64,000 nucleotides of DNA from the human T2T-CHM13v2.0 reference genome, Homo sapiens: NCBI RefSeq assembly GCF_009914755.1, contig NC_060927.1; one strand, given 5' to 3'. Shown piece by piece: positions 1-10,828 of the stretch. Below the pieces are notes generated by a model. It worked only from the letters and a program-made list of their open reading frames with translations. It searched no databases and was not told where the DNA came from. Every line of letters starts with the position of its first letter. Position 1 is the stretch's first letter. The position numbers and the translations under genes were made by a program.

Positions 1-210
1 ACCAGGTAGCCATCCAGGCACTGCGTGAGTCCATGCTTAACACTGAATTTACTTTCTTTCAGATACCAATTTTTTTTCTCCAAATCAGGGGCTTTGCGTT
101 GTTTATTACATAGATCATCATAAACATTGACTTGGATCAATCATATAGGTATCATTCTAATTGCACATCCTATCCATTCAGCACTAGCTGATTTAGCATT
201 CCCTTTACAG

Positions 211-885
211 TTATGGGCTTCACCCTTGGATGCATCTGGCTGAGATTGAGATTCTATCTAAAGTTGCCTCAACCCTGCCACCTCTTTGGTGTAGTTCTGG
301 CCCTCAGTGCTGCAGCTTCCATGTGCTTCTCCAGCTTTGCCTCCAGATGCTAGGTGCATTCCCTCACCTGATCTGAATTTTCATGTTCCCCTTTTAGCTT
401 CTCTACAATACCTTTGAGATGTTTCACTATGACCTGTGACTGCTAGGACTCCTCCTCTGCTGGCCTTCCACCTGTACTCCTCCTGTCATGTAGCCTCTGA
501 CTTCGTCAGTTCCTTGCTGAGCTCCTGCCAGAGCTTGGCCAGCTCCACATTCTGCTTGCCGCCCACATGGCTCATGGCTTGGTTCGAGGTATCCCTCAGG
601 ATGGAGTTCTGCAGCTGCCCCTGAAGAATCCAGATCTTGCCCTAAATCTGCTGCACCTCCTTCATGTGCTCCCAGTAGTTGGCCCACATGGTCACTTCTG
701 GGCCATCAGCTGCTTTTTCACCTTGGCCTCCCAGACTGCTGTCTTGACATTTTTCACGACATCTCCTTCTAAGTTCCCTCAGTTTGCTCTTGGGGACAGA
801 CACATCTTCCCACTCCATGAACAGCAGCTTTTACTTCTCTTCCAGCTGGCATTTTAGAATTGCCACCATATTGCCTTCTGAGTGG
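211..885 (-). pseudogene. RRBP1: Intronless, internally deleted fragment of RRBP1 (p180 ribosome-binding protein 1) coiled-coil coding sequence
   Basis: Minus-strand translation across frameshifts gives VAILKCQLEEK, EAKVKKQL, EHMKEVQQI*GKIWILQGQLQNSILRDTSNQAMSHVGGKQNVELAKLWQELSKEL, VKHLKGIVEKLKGEHENSDQVRECT*HLEAKLEKHM and QNYTKEVAGLRQL*IESQSQPDASKGEA. These match RRBP1 as recalled (VAILKRQLEEK; EHVKEVQQLQGKIRTLQEQL; NSILRDALNQATSQVESKQNAELAKLRQELSK; VKHLEEIVEKLKGELESSDQVREHTSHLEAELEKHM; QNYAKEVAGLRQLLLESQSQLDAAKSEA). Stops and frameshifts are present. Confidence 0.9.
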
Positions 886-1215
886 GGAAGCAGTTCAATT
901 TGGTCTAAAAGGAGGAGGCTTATTGGTAGACTGGCATAAAAAAATAAAAAATCTCTGTTCCTATGTCTTGTTTGTTTGCCATAAAGGCAGACATATTGGG
1001 ATAAAGACTTTTTTAGTCTAGGTCTTTTGGTTGTAGGATAAAATAAGGAAATAAGGATGAAAAAGTCCCTTTGGTCTAATCCCTGCAATAGTTGTAATTG
1101 GAGGGAAATAAGTTTGTTAGCTTTTGGCAATTTTTCTTATTTTAAAGTCCTCTCAAGGTGTTCAGCTAAAGCTACCAATTCAGCTATATTTATAACTTCC
1201 TATCCACTTTATGCT

Positions 1216-1573
1216 TTTGTTGTTGTTGTTTGTTTTGGTTTTTTGTTTTTTTGTTTTTTTGTTTTTTTTTTTTTTGAGATAGAGTCTCACTCTATTGCCC
1301 AGGCAGTAGTGCAGTGGTGCAATTTTACAATTTCGGCTCACCACAACCTCCACCTCAAGGGTTCAAGGGTTCAAGCGTTTCTCCTGTATCAGCCTCCCAA
1401 GTAGCTGGGATTACAGGTGCCCGCAGCCACACCCAGCTAATTTTTGTATTTTTAGTAGAGACGTGGTTTCACCATGTTGACCCGGCTGGTCTTGAACTCC
1501 TGACCTCAAGTGATCCACCCTCCTTAGCCTCCCAAAGTGCTAGGATTACAGGCATGAGCCCCTGCTCCCAGCC
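1216..1573 (-). mobile_element. AluS-type SINE inserted in gag
   Basis: Dimeric Alu in reverse orientation; its tail appears as a T-rich/GTT tract at 1216-1275. Confidence 0.95.
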
Positions 1574-2565
1574 AGTTTATGTTTCTTAATCAGACTGCTA
1601 CATTTAGGACAAAGTTTGTTTATAAATAAAGCAGTTAATGCCATTTCAGTCTCTCAAGGAAATACTCCCTTGTTGTATTTTAAACACAGAATATTTTACA
1701 AATGTTGTTTCTAAATGATCTCCGTAATGTGAAACCAGCTCATCTTTCTTCTGCTTGCAAGAATATGTGTTGGTCCAATCAGTTTTCTGTGGAAAAACCT
1801 TAAGGATTGAATTTAAATGGTTTTTAGTGACGCTCCCAGCTCATTTCATGCCTTCTCACGAGGAAGAAGAAGTCTTTAATATCCTGCTCAAGTTCTTTCC
1901 ATTCTACTGCTGCTATCCATTTACAAGCTTCATCAAGTCCAAATATCATGTAAATAAATTGGTAATCATCAGGGTGTCCTGATGGTAAATTCCTATGAGA
2001 ATGTTAAATTCCTTTGTAAACTTTTGAGGATTTACTTCTGGATTAGCAGTCTCTTATGATGGCTCTAAGCTCAGCTTTAGACCATGGAGTAAAGTGGTTA
2101 TGGCAGGTGAGCCTGGTTGTTCAAACGGTCTGACTTTATAAGGCATTTGTTGAACTTCGCCTTTTTAATTATGCTCAAGATGAAAAAAAAATAAGGTAAT
2201 TGAGCAAAAATATTAGAGGAATCAGGGTATTGGGATAATGATAAGGAGAAGGAGCAGTCAGGATTAATTCAGTCAGAGTACACTCCTATTTCATCATGTC
2301 CTCTATTTGTTGCTTAAGCTTTTCATTTGCCTTCTGTAAAGAATCATTTAGAGGCAAATTTTGATTCATTTAATCTATTAGATACCTATGCATATCAATT
2401 TAAAAATGTATTCCATGTTTTTGTGGGGATTTTGATCCTTCTTTTTCTAATGTGCCCTGCAAATAATTTTATCCAACTTAAAACTTCCTCATTATGGCCA
2501 CTTTAAATCTAAGTTATCTCTAGTAAGGTTAACCCATTCTTGTAAAAATGCACATGTATTGAGTC

Positions 2566-2733
2566 CTTTTTTTTTTTTTTTTTTTTGAGACAGGATCTCA
2601 CCCCTGTCACTCAGGATGGAGTGCAGTGAAATAAACATTGCTCGCTGCAGCCTTGACCTCCTGGGCTCAAGTGATCCTCTAGCCTCAGCCTCCCAAAGTG
2701 CTGAGATTACAGATGTAAGCCATCGTGCCCAGC
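2566..2733 (-). mobile_element. Monomer-length Alu-family element (AluJ-type arm-to-arm recombinant or FAM/FRAM) inserted in gag MA
   Basis: A left-arm 5' start joins directly to an AluJ-type right-arm end (GAGCCCAGGAGGTCAAGGCTGCAG), followed by a poly(A) tail. Confidence 0.85.
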
Positions 2734-3133
2734 CCCTGGGTTCATATTTCTTATACATGAGTTCTAGATAAATGAGTTCTAAGCTCCTTGAATTGAAATA
2801 AACCCATTACCAAGCCCACTACTTTAAAAATCCTACCTTAACTCTAATCCAGTTCTGGACCCAGTCCAGTCTCTGTCTGATTCAGTCGGACACCCAGGGT
2901 CTTCCTGGAGGACGCCATCCTGTTTCTGTTGCCACTGCTGATCCTAGTTTAGATCTAATTGCTCAAGTAAGCCCAGAAAGTTCAGAACACAAATTAGTGA
3001 AAGTTGAAACCTGAGCAAGAACTCACCCACAATCTTCAGTTGCCAAGAGAGATCAATAGACACAGTGGACCCTTGTGGGTACTTCTGTTTGCTCACCCCA
3101 TGCTCTCTATGGGTTATTGGAGTTCTCCTCTGG

Positions 3134-3151
3134 ATCCTACCAACTATGCCA
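3134..3151 (-). promoter_or_regulatory. Retroviral primer-binding site for tRNA-Ser
   Basis: Minus strand reads TGGCATAGTTGGTAGGAT 3 nt after the LTR end. The complement of the tRNA-Ser 3' end is TGGCGTAGTCGGCAGGAT; the three differences are transitions, two at CpGs. Confidence 0.8.
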
Positions 3152-3154
3152 ATC

Positions 3155-3479
3155 TGTTAAAAGGAAAAACCTTAGACAGTTTAAATTTAACTGAGTTTTA
3201 AGGGGGAAAAATGATTTGCAAATCAGATAGCCCTCAGAACCAGAACAGGTTCTAAGAACTCCAGTCAACGACATGATCAGGCAGCAGTTATAGAAAACAG
3301 AAGTGAAGCACAGAGGCCACTTAAGTGGTCACAGTTTAATTGGTTAATTGGTTACAGAGCCTTCTGCAATTACCTGAAGCCCAGCTACTTAGATTGAACT
3401 TCATACTGGTCTTGTCTATGGGGCCTCATGCAGGAGCTTAGTCCAAATCAATGGTCTCTTACAAAATTTTTTTTTAACA
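3155..3479 (-). mobile_element. 5' LTR of the ERV1 provirus (MER57/MER93/LTR54-like; subfamily uncertain)
   Basis: TGTTAA...TTAACA inverted termini; minus-strand start ACCATTGATTTGGACTAAGCTCCTGCA typical of this LTR group; PBS adjacent. Confidence 0.8.
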
Positions 3480-6400
3480 GAGGTCAGGGGCCTAGAGTCA
3501 AGAAGAAGCCTGTCTGATGTTTAGTCAAGCAGAGGGAAACATTAAGGTCTTCTTAATCAGAGAAAACCTTAGTCAGACTAAAACATTTGTCAGAATAAAA
3601 GAAAAACAAAAAGACTGTCGCCATTTACTCTCAATAAAAAGCTATTAAGCATGTATTTCAGCAAGAATATAATTGAATCAGGAAAGAGGAATGGGAAGCA
3701 AGAAACGATGCTTAACAAAGAAACTGGCAAACATATTGGGAAGTTAAAATAAGCATTGAGTTTGAAAGAAGCTTGTAACAAAAATTAAAATTTGCAAGAA
3801 CTTACAAATGAGATAGAGCCAAAATACATGACAGTGATAACATGCAAGACACTGAATCTGGTTATTAAAGTAGAAGCATTCTAAGATCTCTGGTAGGATA
3901 TAGAGATATTGCTATATTTTAGAATTAGTCATGTATTTGAGGGTAACTACCAAAATACAAGAAGGAAAATAAACTCTTTCCAAATCAGTAGAGGAGATAG
4001 GGGACTAAATAAAGCTCAATCAGAAGCCTACAACCAGAATGTCAATAGAAACCAATGGGCAGACAAAAAAGTCAAAGGACTAGGAAGAGAGAAGCCTAGC
4101 AAAACAGAAAACTTGCATAGGATAACCACCCTAGTATAATTAAACACTACTGGGGAAAAAAATGTGGCCCCACACTCACTCTTTCAGCAAAGTCCCAGGT
4201 GGGAGCTTAGACTTCCACCCTCACCCAGCTGTAATGAAGCAGCTCCTCCCATACCCAGGGTGGTATCACAGAAGAACAAGTCAGGAGCCAGTACAGAAGA
4301 GCAAGTCAGGAGCCAGTACTTTCATCCTAGTCTAGGAAGTGTGAATGAGTATGCACACACACACACAGAGTCAGTTCTGGCCACGTGGAAAGCCTGGACT
4401 TCAGCCTCCCTCTCCCATTAATAAGGCCCTCCTTCCTATTTCCACAGGGGTAGCATTAGACGAGGCTGAGTGGGGAGACCATCCCTCAGCACCCCCATCT
4501 CCCTGGTGTCTGCAGCAGTAACAAGGTACCCTTCTCCTGCCAGCCAGGGTGGTATCATTGGTCACCTAGTGAAGAACTTGAACTTCCACCCCCTGCTTGA
4601 TAAACAAGTTGTGGTATATCCATCTCACAGAATATTACCGAGCAATAGAAGGAACAAGCTATTTCTGCATGCAACAAGCTGTATGAATCTCAAGGCACTA
4701 CGCTGGTGAGAGAAAAGCCAATCTCAATGTTATATGAAGTTATATGAATGATGTTCATAATACAATGTTATATGAATGATTTCATTCATATAACATTATC
4801 AAAATGGCAAAATTTTAGAGATGGACAGCAGATTTGTGTTGCTAGGGGTTAGAGATATTCAGGGAGACAGAGGTGAGTGTGATTTTAACTGGGCAGGAAG
4901 CACACGGGAGATCTTTTTGGTGATGGAGTAGTTCTGTATTTTGATTCTGGTGGATTATACAAATCTGAACGTGATAAAATGGCATAGACTAATACACATA
5001 CATTGTAGCAATGTCAGTTTTCTGGTCTTGATGATGTTCTATAATTACCTAAGATATAAATACTGGGGAAAATGGAATAAAGGGTACATGCGACCACTCT
5101 GTACTATTTTTTGCAACTTCTTGTGAATCTATAATTATTCCAGAAAAAAATAAATGACTTCATCCAATAAAAGGCAGAAAAGTATGGATAAAAAAGCAAA
5201 GCAAAGACATTCCTAACAGAAAACATAAGCTAGGTGCCAGAAATATGTAATCACAATGAATTAAAATGAATTGATCCCCCCTATTAAAAATAAACATTCT
5301 CTTATTGAATTAAAAATAAATATTGAATTATATGCTGTTTGCAATTGATGCATCTAAAATACAAAGACACAGAAAACTTGAAATTAGAAGGATGGAATAT
5401 TAATATAAGCATAATACACATAAAGACAAAAAATATCATTATGATAAAAGAAAGTCCTTGCCTAATCATTAAAAAAACTCATTAGGGATATTTAACAAGA
5501 CTCATATGCATTCTAAAAACAGCTTCAAGATAATGACAAAATTGATAGAACCAGAAGAAATTGGCAAAACAATAATCATAATGAGAAATTTAGATAGCTC
5601 TCTTTGAAATTAATAGAAATTTGTAACAAAATTCTGAGAAAACAATAAATCACACAGATAAAAACAGTTATAAATATTTAGAATACTGAAACAACATAAT
5701 AAACCACAGACATAGAAAGTAAAGACATGTCAACAGTGTGGCTAAAAACTTCAACTTATCTGTAAACAGGTAAACAAACATCCTAAACCAACTGAGAGGT
5801 TCCACGGCTGCCAAGCATGTAGAAAACTGGCAGGAACAGTTTCCAAACTATAAAAGTAGAAAATAGAGTAGTGGTTACTGGGATGGGGCAGTGAGAGGGT
5901 GAGGGATGGGGATTAACGTAAATGTGCATGAGGAATCATATTGGAATGATGAAAATGTTCTAAAATGGATTTAACGTGATGAGTGCACAACTTGGTAAAT
6001 TTTTTTTAATCATTGAATTATACATTTGAAAAGGATAAATTATATGATATGTAAAATATGCCTTAATAAACTTATTTTAAAACAAGAGTCTTGCTCCCAC
6101 CCGGCCAATGAGAAAAGCCTGAATAAACTACAAAACCATAACTTTTCTTGAACATCTCAGAGAGCCGGGGTTAGCAGGAAACCAAATAGCCAGTGGTAGA
6201 AGAAAGTAATGATAGCAACAATAAAACACAAACCTAGCTCAACTCCTTATTTTGGAAAAAAATAACTTCAAAAAGTATACATCAATTATCATACGAAATT
6301 GTGAAACCCTTAAATGATTTCTCACGAGACTAGGAATGACATTCAGCATTGTTCTGGAGATCCTAGTCAGCAAATTTAGGCAATAAAAAATTTTAATATA

Positions 6401-6588
6401 AAAATAATAAAGGAAGAAGCATAACTGTTATTTGCATATTATATAGTCATGTCTTTGGAACATCTAGAAAAATCTGGAGATAAAATAATAAAATTAATAA
6501 GAGAAAATTGCAAGGTGGGTGAATACAAATCTATAAACAAAAATCAATTGTATTCTTATACGTCATCAACAATTAGAAGCAAATTTTT

Positions 6589-6880
<292 letters not shown>

Positions 6881-6915
6881 GGGAAGCAATTTTTAAAATG
6901 TTTTAACATACCGTT

Positions 6916-9313
6916 TGTATTAGTCTGTTCTCACACAGCTATAAAGAAATACCTGATACTGGGTAATTTATAAAGAAAAGAAGTTTAAAGTTAATTGGCT
7001 CACAGTTCCACAAGCTATACAGAAAGCATAATTCTAGCATCTGCTTGGCTTCTGGGGAGGCCTCAAGAAAACTTACTATCATGGCAGAAAACAAAGGGGG
7101 AGTGAGGCATCATGCATGGTAGGAGCAGGAGGAAAAAGAGAAGGCAAAAGTGCTACACACTTTTAAACAATCAGATCCTGTAGAACTCTATCATGAGAAC
7201 AGCACTAGGGGGATGGTGCTAAACCACTAGCAACTGCCTCCATGATCTAGTCACTTCCCACCAGGCCCCACTTCCAGCATTGGAGGATTACATTTTGACA
7301 TGAGATTTCAGTGGAGACAGATCCCAACCATATCATTCCACCCCAGCCCCTTCCAAATCTCATGTCCTTCTCACATTTCAAAATACAATCATATCTTCCC
7401 AACAGTCCCCCAGAGTCTTAACTTCTTCCGGCATGAACTCAAAAGTCCACAGTTTCAAGTCACATCTGAGACAAGGCAAGTTCCTTCCATATATGAGTGT
7501 GTAAAATAAAAAATAATTTAGTTACTTCCAAGATACAATGGCGGTATAGGCATTGGGTAAATACTCTCATTCCAAAAGGGATAAATTGGCCAAAAGAAAG
7601 GGGCTACAGGATCCATGCAAGTCCAATACCCAGCAGTGCAGTCATTCAATCTTAAAGCTCCAAAAGAATCTCCTTTGACTACATGTCTCACATCCAGGGC
7701 ACACTGGTGTAAGAGGTAAGCTCCCAAGGCCTTGGGAAACTCCACCCCTGCGACTTTGCAGGGCTCAGCTCCCATAGTTGCTCTCAAGGGCTGGCATTGA
7801 GTGCCTGTGGCTTTTCAGGCACACAGTGCAAGCTGTCAGGGAATCTACCATTCTGGGATCTGTAGGACAGTGGCCCTCTTCTCACAGCTCCACTAGGCAG
7901 TGCCCCAGTTGGGGCTCCATTTCCACATTTCCCCTCTGTATTGCCCTAGTAGAGGTTATCGATGAGGGCTCCAACCCCTGCAGCAGGCTTCTGCCTGGAG
8001 ATCCAGGTTTTTCCATACATCCTCTGAAATCTTGGCAGAGGCTCCCAAGCCTAAACTCTTGCACTCTGCGCACCTAGGGGCTTATTAATACCACATGGAA
8101 ACCACCAAGGCTTACAGCTTGCACACTCGGAAGCAACAGCCTGAGCTGTACCTGGAGCCCTTTTAGTCACAGCTAGAGTTGGAGCAGCTGGGATGCAGGA
8201 AGCCATGTCCTAAGGCTGCACAGGGCAGTGGGGCCCAAGGCCTGGCCCATAAAACCATTCTTCCCTCCTAGGCCTCTGGGCCTGTGATGAGAGTGGCTGC
8301 TGTGAAGGTCTCTGAAATGCCTTTGAGGTCTCCCCTCTGTTTTGGCTATTAAAATTTGGCTTCTTTTTACTTATGCAAATTTCTTCAGCCTGCTTGAATT
8401 CTTCTTCAGAAAATAAGTTTTTCTTTTCTACCACATGACAGGGCGCAAATTTTCCAAACATTTATACTCTGCTTCCCTTTGAAATATAAGTTCCAGTTTC
8501 AGGTCATTTTTTTGCTTAGAAATTTCTTCTGTCAGATACTCTAAATCATCACTCTCAAAGTTCCACAGATCCCTGGAACAGGGGCACAATGCAGCCAGTC
8601 TCTTTGCTAAAGCATAACAAAAGTGACATTTGCTCCAGTTCCCAATAAGTTCCTCATCTCCCTCTGATACCTCTTTAGCTTGGACTTCATTGTCTATATC
8701 ACTATCAGCATTTTTGTCACAACAATTTAACAAGTCTCTAATAAATTCTAAACATTCCCTCATCTTTCTGTCTTCTTCTGAGCCCTCCAAACGGTTCCAA
8801 CCTCAGCCCATTACCCAGTTCCAGAGTTGCATCCACACTTTCAGGTATCTTTATAGCAATGTCCCACTCCTCAGTACCAATTTTCTGTATTGGTCCATTC
8901 TCACACTGCTATAAATAAATGCCTGAGACTGGGTAATTTATAAATAAAACAGGTTTAATCAATCAGCTGATGGTTCTGTAGGCTATAAAGAAAGCATAAT
9001 TCTGGCATCTGTTCAGCTTCTGAGGAGGCTTCAGGAAACTTACAATTATGGCAGAAGGAAAAGGCAGAGTGAGAAGTCTCACATGGTGGGAACAGGAGGA
9101 AGGGAGCAAGAGGGAGGTGCCACACACTTACACACTTTCAAACAACCAGATTTTGTGGGAACTTTATCACAAGAGCAGCACTAGGGGGATGGTGCCAAAC
9201 CATTAGAAATTGTCTCCATGATCCAATCGCCTCCCACCACGTGTCTCCTCCAGCATTGAGGAATTGCATTTTGAAATGTGATTTGGGCAGGGACACAGAT
9301 CCAAATTATATCA
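6916..9313 (-). mobile_element. Complete MaLR element (MSTA/MSTB-like): LTR 6916-7335, internal 7336-8885, LTR 8886-9313
   Basis: Two similar LTRs reading TGTATT...TATCA; internal ORF remnant EGSEEDRKM...GDEELIGNWSK (8428-8790); 5-bp TSD CCGTT/CCATT. Confidence 0.92.
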
Positions 9314-10584
9314 CCATTTATAATAACAAAATAGATTAAGTACCAGAGAATATATCTAACATAGATATGTAAGACCTTTTCAAAGAAAACCATAAAACTT
9401 TACTGAGAGACATTAAAGAAAAACACAGTATAAGCAAAACACATCATGCTCATGGTTTGGAAGATGCACTTCTATGAAGATTTCTATTCTCTCCAAATTG
9501 ATTTACAATTCAAGAGAATCCTTATCAAATTCCAACATGTTTTTGTGAAAAATGCCGTCTCTAAAATTTATGTGGAAGTAGAAAGGGCCAGGAACAGCCA
9601 ACACGGTTTTGAACAAGTCAAATGAGATGGAAGAACTTGTTCTTCAAAATATAAGGGCCTATCATAAAAAGCTACAGCAATTAATTCAATGCATACTGTA
9701 CAGTGGTAGTCAATAGACCCATGGAACACAATAGCTCACTAAGAAACAGACCAATGCTTATTTGGACTCTTATAATATGGTAGGGATGGTTCTGCAGATT
9801 GTTTGGAAAAGAATCACCTTTTCAAAAAATGTGAAAAACTGAATGAAAACACTTTTAGAAGACATTATAGGAAAACATCTTCCAGTCTTTTGGATAGGGA
9901 ATGATTTATTAAATAAGACTTAAAGAGTACTAATGATAAAGGAAAATATAAATTTACTTACATTAAAACAGCCACGCAAATACACCATGAAGAAAATAAA
10001 AAGTCAATAAACAGCGAGAATATTTCTAACACATATAGCTAAAGAACTTGCACTTAAAATACACAAAAAGTATAGACAACTAAATTTTAAAGTGTGCAAA
10101 ACACTTGAATAGGCGTTTCACCAAAAGAGAGTATAGATACAAATAACCAATAAACATATTTAAAAAGTGCTTCACCTAATTCGTAATTAAGAAAATATCA
10201 GTTTAAGAACAATGAAATATCACTACTCACAAAATATTTAAAAAATGGGACAACCCAAGTGGTGGTAAGGATGTAAAACAAGAGAACTCACAGACTGCTG
10301 ATGAGAGCATAAATTGATGCAAGCACTTTGGAAAACAGCTTGGCACTATCTAGAAAAAATGAGGATACAGATACCCTAAGGCCATACAATTCCACTTACT
10401 GCTACCTCTGTGCCAGGATGCATGTATACAAATGTACATAGAAGCCTTGCTTTTAATAACCAAAAGTGGAAAGAACAAAATTGTCCAGGAGCAATAGAAT
10501 AAATTTAGAAGAACAAAATATTCATACAGGGGAAAGGTATGGGAAGCTGGTGGAGAGGTAAAAAATATAATCAGACTGGGTGAT

Positions 10585-10828
10585 ACAGTCTCAATTGGGG
10601 TGATATTGTCCTCAAGGAGACAAAAATTGGTTCCTGGAGGTGAAAAAAAAATCTATTCTTTTTATTCCTAAAGCACATATATACTATAAACATACATGCA
10701 ATACACTAACCAATATAGAGTATATCTGTAGGTATTAAAATTTCATGAGGGACAAGGGGTGGGGAGAACAATGTCTAAAGAGGCTGCTTTAACGAGGTAA
10801 TAACGCAAAATGGTTGAGGGACACTTGA
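10585..10828. mobile_element. hAT DNA transposon fossil (MER96B-like)
   Basis: TATATCTGTAGGTATTAAAATTTCATG core and GGTTGAG..ACAC terminus resemble the recalled MER96B consensus. Confidence 0.55.

Larger units (their letters stand above)
890..2758 (-). pseudogene. gag: Decayed ERV gag (MA-CA-NC), interrupted by two Alu-family insertions
   Basis: MA-like TCAFLQEWVNLTRDNLDLKWP (~2495-2560); major-homology-region-like FPQKTDWTNTYSCKQKKDELVSHYGDHLETTFVKYS (~1690-1800); degenerate CCHC knuckle VCLYGKQTRHRNRDF (~945-995). Confidence 0.8.
1..3479 (-). mobile_element. Non-autonomous ERV1 (MER4-group) provirus: 5' LTR, PBS, leader, decayed gag, captured RRBP1 segment, then internal sequence continuing past the window edge
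   Basis: On the minus strand an LTR with TG...CA ends (3155-3479) is followed by a tRNA-Ser PBS, a splice donor GGTGAGT (3021-3027) and gag MA, MHR and NC motifs. No pol motifs are seen. Confidence 0.85.

Noticed and set aside
427-857. ORFs 427-687, 436-624 and 567-857 as small genes
   Set aside because: They are off-frame or antisense readings of the RRBP1-derived segment.
4270-4320. 25-bp tandem repeat as a CRISPR-like or functional array
   Set aside because: Only two adjacent copies with no spacers, in eukaryotic repeat DNA; an ordinary slippage duplication.
8428-8790. 120-aa MaLR internal ORF as a domesticated gene
   Set aside because: It is the standard MST-int remnant, frameshifted downstream.
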